A stretch of 64,000 bases of DNA. It comes from an uncultured Gammaproteobacteria bacterium (GTDB lineage: Bacteria > Pseudomonadota > Gammaproteobacteria > Steroidobacterales > Rariloculaceae). The stretch is from the NCBI GenBank assembly GCA_963714705.1, contig CAVQPJ010000013.1:962512-1026511 (forward strand), in the 5' to 3' direction. The notes below the pieces were generated by a model that searched no databases, was not told where the DNA came from, and saw nothing but the letters and a program-made list of their open reading frames with translations. The first letter of the stretch is position 1, and every line of letters starts with the position of its first letter. The position numbers were made by a program, and so were the translations under genes. Positions 57,199 through 64,000 of the stretch are shown one piece after another.

Positions 57199-58326
57199 TT
57201 ACGAGCGATTGTCTTGACAGAAATAGACGGGCAACTCCTCGCCCCCGACCCACTTGAGCTCCCAGCCGCTCGACCACGGCTGCGTGTACGCGCCCGGGTC
57301 GTCGACCGTGACCTCATATCGTAGCGTGTTGTAGTCGGTGCGCGTGAAGCGCTCGACGAGCGAGAGCTGGTCGGTGTGCGGCAAGCCGCCGTTCGTGAAC
57401 CAGAAGTCCTCGTTGAAGCCCGTCGTCGCGACGACGAACGTATCGCCTTCCCAATGCGCGACGGCGCGGCCGTAGTAGAGCGGATTGTCGTCGTCGCCCT
57501 GGACCTGGCCCTGCTGATCGCGGCCATCCATATAGATGATGCGGTAGTTGCGGTTGCCGCCGCCGATCAGCACGAAGATGCGCTGGCGCGCCGCGTCTTG
57601 CGACGAACTGCACGCCGTAAGGCGTCTGAAACTGGCGCACGGCGCCGGGATTCTTGCAGTTCAGGAAGCCCGGGTCGTCGGCGAGGTGCCGCTGCTGGCG
57701 GTGCTGGTAGAGACCAAGCGCCCACGGTTGAAACGGCGCGACGCGCGGCGCGTCGGCGATCCGTGCGAGCACGCCGTCGGCGTCCATGCGCACGTTGGCG
57801 CCGGCCTGCTGCAGCACGGTGCTCGTCGGATAGGCCCAGTACCCGCCGCTGCCGTCGACTGACGCCGAGCAGCGGCTTGCCGTCGGAGCCGCGCGGCGCA
57901 GGCTGTCGCTGCGAGCGCGCGACGGTCGGCGCGCTGTCCGTCGACGTTGTAGACCTGCCGATTCGTCGCCGTCGCGATGACGGTTTCGCCCCAGACCTGG
58001 CGCGAGCCGTCGCGCGCAGGCGGGCCGCTGACGTCTGATGGCATCGCCGGGCTGCAACGTGTCGTGCTTCCAGCCGCTGCGCAGCAGCAGCACGGTGCTC
58101 TCGAGCTCGACGGCCCAGTTCTCGATGGCTGCCGTCGTCGCGCGTGACGTTGGCGAACACGTGCACGTGCGGATTGCGCCAATCGACGCTCGTCACGATG
58201 CCGCGCAGCTCCGGTGCTCTTCGTGTCGTCGAACTTCGCGACGATCGCGTGATGCGCGGCGGCGAGCGACGCCGCGAACGCAGCGCCCAGTCCGACGCAC
58301 CAACCGGCGACGGAACGCGACTTCAT
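57199..58326 (-). pseudogene. Second S-L fusion (DUF6152-like domain plus L-type domain), at least five frameshifts
   Basis: The ATG at 58326 overlaps the upstream stop (ATGA). Signal peptide ends SLAAA, followed by HHAIVAKFD...VTSVDWRNPHVHVF...LLRSGWKHDTLQPGDAI. There is no second signal peptide. Then PRGSDGKPLL, FQPWALGLY, LNCKNPG, YRIIYMDGR, AHWEGDTFVVATTGF, ERFTR, VYFCQDN. Confidence 0.65.
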
Positions 58327-58725
58327 TGCCGGCTCGCCGTGAACGTGCCGCGGCCTTTGTTGCTCGACCACGTGCCGTTGATCGAGCGATTCGGCAGCTC
58401 GAGGTTCTCGAGCTTGCCTTCGATGACGTAGCGCACGGCGCTGCCGTCCTTGTCCTTGCCTTCGGCCTCGAGCTTGACGACCCAGCCGTTCGGCTCGAGC
58501 GACGCGCGCGCTGAGCGGCATGTTGTCGGTGCCGGGGTTGATCATGCCCGTGATGGCTTTGCCGTCCCAATCGAGGATCAGCAGGATGTTGTCGCCGTGA
58601 ACGGTGTTGCCCTGCCACTCGCCGAGCCACGAGCCCTTGAGCGGGTGACCTTCCTGCGCGCCGCTCGACGCGAGCACGCCGAGCGCCAACATCGCCGCCG
58701 CCATCGTTATTAGTCTTTTCATCAT
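58323..58725 (-). pseudogene. Small hypothetical secreted protein, one frameshift in the CG run 58503..58511
   Basis: Signal peptide MMKRLITMAAAMLALGVLASSGAQE. GSWLGEWQGNTVHGDNILLILDWDGKAITGMINPG. The corrected tail SLEPNGWVVKLEAEGKDKDGSAVRYVIEGKLENLELPNRSINGTWSSNKGRGTFTASRQ ends in an ATGA overlap with the next gene. Confidence 0.6.
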
Positions 58726-58798
58726 CTCTCTCTCGATCCGAATCCCATCAAGTCTACGCCGCGCCGCGCGGCGCCTGAATAAAGAATTGTCGGTCGGA

Positions 58799-59261
58799 TC
58801 AGCCGCAGCTCACGAGGCCGACGGCCAAGCTCGCGTTCTCGAGGCGGTCGTTGCAGCCGGGACGGGGGTCGCCCGGACTGGCAACGGTAATGTTGCGGCA
58901 ATTGCGGCGGACCGCCTTGCCGCTCGCCTCACGCGTTTCGAGGACGGTCGTCGTCACGGGGCAAATGGCCGGCACGCGCGTCGCGCAATCGAGGTCGGGC
59001 GCGAGCGCGCAAGCGAAGAGGAACACGCGCCGCCCATCGCGCTGCTCGTAACCCCAGAACACGAGCTCGGTGCCGACGCGGCCGTTCTCGCCCGTAGCCG
59101 TGGCGCCCTCGAGCGCCGGGAAAATCTCGGCCGGCGGCCGATCGAACACCGTCTCCGGGCCCTGCCGGACGTTCATTTGCCGCTCGGGAATCTGCTGCTT
59201 GGGCCGCGGCGCCGAGCGCGCAGCCCAGCGTTACAGCGAGCGATCGCGAGCCTTGTTCCAT
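58799..59261 (-). pseudogene. Hypothetical secreted Cys-rich protein, one frameshift near 59200
   Basis: Signal-peptide-like MEQGSRSLAVTLGCALGAA in ORF 58929..59261. Body with 7 Cys in ORF 58799..59176. Confidence 0.45.
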
Positions 59262-59320
59262 CGATAAAGCCTATGCTCGGGCGCGCTCGCGCTGCAACCG
59301 GCGGGATTGTGAGCCGCGGC

Positions 59321-60455
59321 TCAGTAACCGAGTCGAACGACGCCCTGCGCCATTCCTTGCACGGTTCCGGCCGTCAGCCATTCGAGCGACGCGCGGAACA
59401 ACAGCAGATGGTTCGTCTCCCACATCGCGTTATGTGAGGAACAACCCAAGTCGAGCAGCACCTTGTTCTCGGCGCCGAGATCGGCGAAGTACTCGCTGGA
59501 CGCGCTCGGGCACGACCTGCTTGTCGTGAATGCCGGCGATCATCAACGTCGGCGTTTGCATGCGCTCGACGGCCGGCTTGCCGAAGCCCCACACGGTCGT
59601 GTTCGGCGCTCGCCGCACGCCTTGTCCCCACGACGCGCCGACGGGATCGGACTCGAGCATCGCGCGCCACACGGCGGCGGCGACGGCAGGCTCGTATTGA
59701 TTCGGGCAACCGACCTGGCGTTCCCAGTTCGCGGTGAAGTCGGCATGCGACTGCGCGTTGAACGCGGCGCCCGCGCGCGGGGCTCGGCTGCGGCGGCTGC
59801 TGACCCGCATCGCGCGAATACGCCGGCGCGAGCAGCACGAGCTTCGCCACCTTGTCCGGGTTGCGCGACGCGTAGCCGCCGGCGCGCGGACCGCCGAGCG
59901 ACCAGCCGACGAGACTCACGCGCGGCACGTCGCGCAGCGAGCGGATGTACTCGACGACGGCGTCGATGTCGTCCCAGTCCGACGCGATCGTCGTGAGCTG
60001 CTGCTGCGTGCGTGGCGTTGCAAGGCGTGCGGCCGAGCGCCGTCTGCTGCTCCGCCGAAAGATTGCAGGCGTCGTTCATGACGTTCGGCCGCGTCGAGCG
60101 CCCGTAGCCCGTCATGTCCATCGAGAACACGTCGAAGCCGGCGGCCGCGAGAAACGCCATCCAGCTGTAATCGGCGTGCGGCACGTCGAACGCAACCTCG
60201 GCCGGCGTGCCGGCGCCGTGCACGAACAGCACGACGCGATCGTCGCGCGGCGCGCCGCGCTGGATCGTCGCGGGCTTCACGCGCTCGCGGACGTAGAGTC
60301 TGCGCCGTTTGGCCTTCGATCGAAGGCACGATCGAGCGATTCGGAACGTAGTGATCGACGGTCAGAACGTGCTGACTGTCCTCGCCGGCCGTCGGCTGCG
60401 CGTTGGCGAGCCCGGCTGCGAGCGCCGCAAAGAACGCGATCGCGATCGTGCGCAC
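59321..60455 (-). pseudogene. Secreted alpha/beta-hydrolase, at least four frameshifts
   Basis: GTG 60455 after GGGGGGA. Signal peptide VRTIAIAFFAALAAGLANAQ. VVLFVHGAGTPAEVAFD, FDVFSMDMTGYGRS, nucleophile elbow GWSLGG, MIAGIHDKQV and the corrected tail ...HNAMWETNHLLLFRASLEWL lie in different frames. Confidence 0.65.
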
Positions 60456-60524
60456 GTGTAGTCCCCCCTCGAGAATGCCACCCAATGAATTTGGAAGTAT
60501 CGTCGCAGGTTTGGCTGACAGCGC

Positions 60525-61134
60525 CTAGCGTTGCGGCGGCGCTGCGGCGATCATCAGGCGCGCCAGCGCGGCGTCCTCGTCGCGGCCCGAGCGCGGTCAG
60601 CTGCGCGATGACTGCGTCACGGTCGGCCGCCGAGCGGTTCTGGCTCAGCTTGAACTTGCCTTCGAGCCGCCCGACGCGGATATCGATGCCGACGATGCCG
60701 GCCAGCCGGCGCACGTCGTAGTCGGGAACCCACGGCGCTGAGCGATTTCGCTCGTACTTCGCGGCGAGCGCCTCGACGTGCTTGCGCGTCCGCTCGGCGT
60801 CGTCGACGGTGACGGCCTCGCCATGCGCGTGCACGACCGCGTAGTTCCACGTCGGCACGCCGCCGCGCTCCACGTACCAGGTCGGCGACACATAGCCGTG
60901 CGGTCCCGCGAAGATCGCGAGCACCTGCGGCGAGCGCGCGATCTCCTGCCACTGCGGGTTCGCGCGCGCGACGTGGCAGTGCAGCACGCCCGCGTCACGG
61001 TCGGGCAGGAACGGCAGGTGGCTGAGCGTAGGGCGGCCGTCGGCGACCGTCAGCAGCGTGCCGAACGCGTGCTCGTCGATGAAGTCCCAGAGGGTGCGCG
61101 GATCCTGCTGCTCGAAGTGCTTCGGGATGTACAT
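60525..61134 (-). pseudogene. paiB: PaiB-family FMN-binding protein, one frameshift near 60595
   Basis: MYIPKHFEQQDPRTLWDFIDEHAFGTLL...GKFKLSQNRSAADRDAVIAQL. The corrected tail RSGRDEDAALARLMIAAAPPQR stops at 60525..60527. Confidence 0.75.
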
Positions 61135-61153
61135 GGACTTTCGATCATACGAG

Positions 61154-61229
61154 GGCATGGATGCCCGAGGTAGAGCAATGCAGGACGCGGGCAGGGATGC
61201 CCGCGGTAGAGCAACGCAGGGAGCAGTTG
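61154..61229. repeat. Two tandem copies (B1 61154..61185, B2 61190..61229) of the 40-bp intergenic repeat seen at 31901..31940
   Basis: B2 GGCAGGGATGCCCGCGGTAGAGCAACGCAGGGAGCAGTTG matches copy A at 38/40 positions. B1 GGCATGGATGCCCGAGGTAGAGCAATGCAGGA matches at 28/32. Lies in the divergent promoter region between paiB and the DUF945 gene. Confidence 0.8.
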
Positions 61230-61339
61230 CCGAGCAATTGCCGAACGCCGCGCCCGCGAGTCGCGTCATTGACCGGCGTGGCGCCGTCCGAGATGATCCG
61301 CGACGCGGAAGCGCCCCGCCGACAATTGCCGAGGTTCCC

Positions 61340-62743
61340 ATGAACAAAGTCGCCATCGTCGCGGCCGCCTTGGCTCGTGATCGTGCTGCTCGCCCTGCCC
61401 GGCGTCGTCGGCTCGATCACCGAAGCGCGTGTGCGCGAGCGCGTCGCCGCCATCGATGCCAGCCCCAACGCGGACGCCGCGCTCACGTCGTTCGACCGCG
61501 GGTGGTTTCGCAGCACCGCACGAATCGAGCTCAAGGTCGCACCCGACAACGTCGCGCAGCTCGCGAGCGCCGCCGGCACGCCCCTCGGCGCCTTCGGCAC
61601 GTTGCCGATCGTCGTCGAGTTCGCGCATGGGCCGGTCGCAATGCTCGACGGCGTGTACTTCGGCTGGTCGAAGATGGTCGCCGGCCCGACGTCGAAGCAC
61701 CGGCCGTCGCCGAGCTGACGCAGACGCTCGGCGTCCCGTATATCTTCGAGTTTCGCGGCGCGACACCCTATCTCGGCGGCCTTCACTTCGACGCCGACGC
61801 GCCGCCGTTCACGCTTGCCGATCGACGAGGCGCTGCTGACGTTCTCCGGCGGGACGCTCTCCGGCTCGCTTCGCCGGGCGGCAGCTCGACGCCGACGCGC
61901 AGATCGGCTCGCTCGACTTCACGTCGCCGACGGGGACGTTCGCCGTGCGCGGGCTCCAGGCGAGCGCGGACAACGAGCTGCGTTCCGAGTACGTGATGCC
62001 CGGCGAGACGTCGTTCTCCATCGCGAGCATCTCGATCGCGTATCCGGCGCAAAACGCGACGCCGATGTTCGAGGTCGCGAACTTGAAGGTGGCAAGCGAC
62101 ATCGACATCGATGCGGCCGGCGAGCTGCTCGAGATGCGCGTCACCTACGACGTCGACTACGGTGCGCGTCGAGCAGAACGAGGTGACGGCGGGCTCGCTG
62201 GCCCTCAGCGTGCGCAACCTCGACGTCGCCGCCGTCGAGGCCTACAGCGCGGCGGCCGCCGACGCGGCCAGCGGACGATCCGCAACGCTCGCGGCCACGT
62301 TCGGGCCGCACCTCGAGCGGGCGCTCAGAGCCGGCCCGAGCCTGACGCTCGACCCGATCCGCTTCCGCTACGACGGCGAGCCGTTCGACGGCCGCATCGA
62401 GGTCACGACGAATCCGGAGCGCCTGCCGCCGGCCGGCACGTTGAGCCTCGACAATCCGCTGCTGATGCTGGGCCTCGTCGACACGAAGGCCGACGTGCGG
62501 CTGTCGAAGACGCTGGCGGGCCAACTCGCGACGCTCGGCGCGCGCATGCAGCTCGGCAGCGACCCCACGATCCCACCGGACCAGCTCGACTACATGGCCG
62601 AAGCGCAGTCGGGCCTCATGCTGACGATGCTCGTGGGCCAAGGCGTGCTGATCGAGGACGGCGAGGGCTATCGCACGGCCGTCGATTACACCGACGGCAG
62701 CATGACGCTGAACGGCAACCCGCTGCCGTTCGGGCTTCAGTAG
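61340..62743 (+). pseudogene. YdgA/DUF945-family protein, at least five frameshifts
   Basis: ATG 61340 after GAGG. N-terminal anchor MNKVAIVAAALA..VIVLLALPGVVG. FDRGWFRSTARIELKV, VEFAHGPV and the C-terminus YRTAVDYTDGSMTLNGNPLPFGLQ resemble E. coli YdgA. Confidence 0.6.
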
Positions 62744-62744
62744 C

Positions 62745-63297
62745 TCAATTCTCGGTCCCGGGCGGCTCGGCCACCGCCTCTTCGGGCGGCGAACCTTCTC
62801 CGGCGGCTTCGACCCTCGGCGGGCTCGACCTCGTCGTCTCGTTCGATCTCGACGGCTCGTTTCGATGGCGCTTTGCCCCGCCTCGCCCTTCTCGCGAAGC
62901 TCGAGCTCCTCGACCTCGGCCGGCGACAGCGGCACGAACTCGCCGAGCCGGCACGTGAACCCCGGGCGAAAACCGCCGCCGAGATCCTCGAGCACCGTGA
63001 TCTGGTCGATGCTGCACAGCCGGCTGCTGTGCGTCTGCGTATGCGATCCGGTTCTCGCGCTCCAGACCGGGGCATTTGCGCGGCAAATGGTTGCGATAGA
63101 CCTTGCTGCCGCGCATGTAGAAGATGATGTTCTGGTCGTCGATCGCGTCGGTCTGGTCGATGCTCTGAGTGATGAGGCAATCTCGCGGCGTCCGGTCGAA
63201 CGCCGCCATCGTCTTGGCCGTCCGCGGTCGCGGCGCGGCGAGCAACGGCAACAACGCGGCGGTCAGGCGGAAACCCGCTAGCGAAGCGCGAGTCCAT
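62745..63297 (-). pseudogene. DUF6491-like secreted protein, at least three frameshifts
   Basis: DCLITQSIDQTDAIDDQNIIFYMRGSKVYRNHLPRKCPGLERENRIAY, then SRLCSIDQITVLEDLGGGFRPGFTCRLGEFVPLS in another frame. Confidence 0.5.
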
Positions 63298-63473
63298 GGC
63301 AGTACCTCCTGCGTTCGCTTACACTATTCCTTCTTATAGCGCAGCCACGGGCGGGCGAGAAGAAGGCTGCCCTACCGTGCGGGCACGCGGCCCAACTGTG
63401 ACCACGCTCACGGCTAGCGAACCCGCGCCGCGCCTAGAGTTCCAGCCGTCTTGCGTCGGCTCGGCAAGGACGC

Positions 63474-64000
63474 ATGGCCTCCCTCAGCAAGACTGCTTCT
63501 CCCGCGCCCGCGACGCCATCGCCTGCGGCGGCGCCCAGCTCGCCGGCCGAGCACATCTACATCGGCTCGGAGGATTTGAGCGCCGATCCGGCAATCGCCG
63601 CGCGTACGCTGCGCGAGACCGTCGTCCTGCGCAACCCGATTCGCCATACCGGGGCCGAGCTCACGCTGTACGACGAGGGCTACCTCAAGGTCACCGAGGT
63701 CGCGAAGGGCACCGCCGACGCGCCGTTCTTTCTCGATCTGCGTTTCGTCGATCCCGTGCCGAAGATCGAGCGCGTGATTGCCGTGCGTTGGCTCACCGCC
63801 GCACTCGGCTGCGGCGCCGCTGACGGCGTTGGCCGCCTTCTTGCTGCGTTTCGACGCGTTCCACACCGTAGCCATGGTGGCGCTCGGCGTCGCGGTGCTT
63901 GCGACTGCCGCGACGCTCTACGTCGGCGTCTATTCGAGCCACGAGAACATCGAGTTCTGCACGCTTGCACGGGCGTGCGTCCGTGCTGCGAGCTCGTCGC
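63474..64000 (+). CDS. Hypothetical membrane protein, 5' part running off the window (probable frameshift near 63830)
   Basis: The ATG 63474 frame is open to the window end: MASLSKTASPAPATPSPAAAP...LTLYDEGYLKVTEVAKGTADAPFFLDLRFVDP. A hydrophobic continuation LTALAAFLLRFDAFHTVAMVALGVAVLATAATLYVGVY lies in a shifted frame. Confidence 0.4.
   Translation, partial: MASLSKTASPAPATPSPAAAPSSPAEHIYIGSEDLSADPAIAARTLRETVVLRNPIRHTGAELTLYDEGYLKVTEVAKGTADAPFFLDLRFVDPVPKIERVIAVRWLTAALGCGAADGVGRLLAAFRRVPHRSHGGARRRGACDCRDALRRRLFEPREHRVLHACTGVRPCCELV

Overview
High-GC (about 68-70 %) chromosomal segment of a Gram-negative bacterium. Evidence for the envelope type: an RND/MFP/OMF efflux operon, lipoprotein boxes, an outer-membrane beta-barrel ending in Phe, HupE, and a GlyGly-CTERM-like sorting tail. 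I resolve about 65 protein genes and one tRNA-Arg(UCG). I see no rRNA, CRISPR array, transposase or integrase.

The most striking feature is six copies of an uncharacterised periplasmic two-part module. The S part is a ~130-aa secreted protein whose predicted mature N-terminus is always His-His (HHSF, DUF6152-like). The L part is a ~250-aa secreted partner with an invariant GxW(E/D)GDxLVV core and two conserved Cys. There are four separate S/L gene pairs in varying order and orientation, two of them translationally coupled. There are also two single-polypeptide S-L fusions, which is Rosetta-stone evidence that the two parts work together. The modules sit next to redox and hydrolytic genes: a cytochrome c-PQQ dehydrogenase, a diiron ferritin-like protein, esterases, an amidohydrolase and a thioredoxin.

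Other content:
- a TetR-controlled RND efflux operon with palindromic operators
- a GAF-GGDEF-EAL protein
- a CBM9/DUF5916 outer-membrane protein
- a 1278-aa FG-GAP lipoprotein
- a HupE plus saccharopine-dehydrogenase/DUF4166 pair
- a minimal NB-ARC NTPase beside tRNA-Arg, followed by a low-GC islet
- a wHTH-FHA regulator
- a VapBC-like toxin-antitoxin pair
- an ECF sigma/anti-sigma/DUF4252 operon
- a choice-of-anchor-B/Calx-beta protein

Sequence integrity is strongly regional. From 1 to 46.3 kb the genes are essentially intact (one frameshift near 6290, three in the PQQ gene). From 46.4 kb to the window end almost every gene needs several frame corrections. This looks more like indel error than biological decay, but it must be checked.
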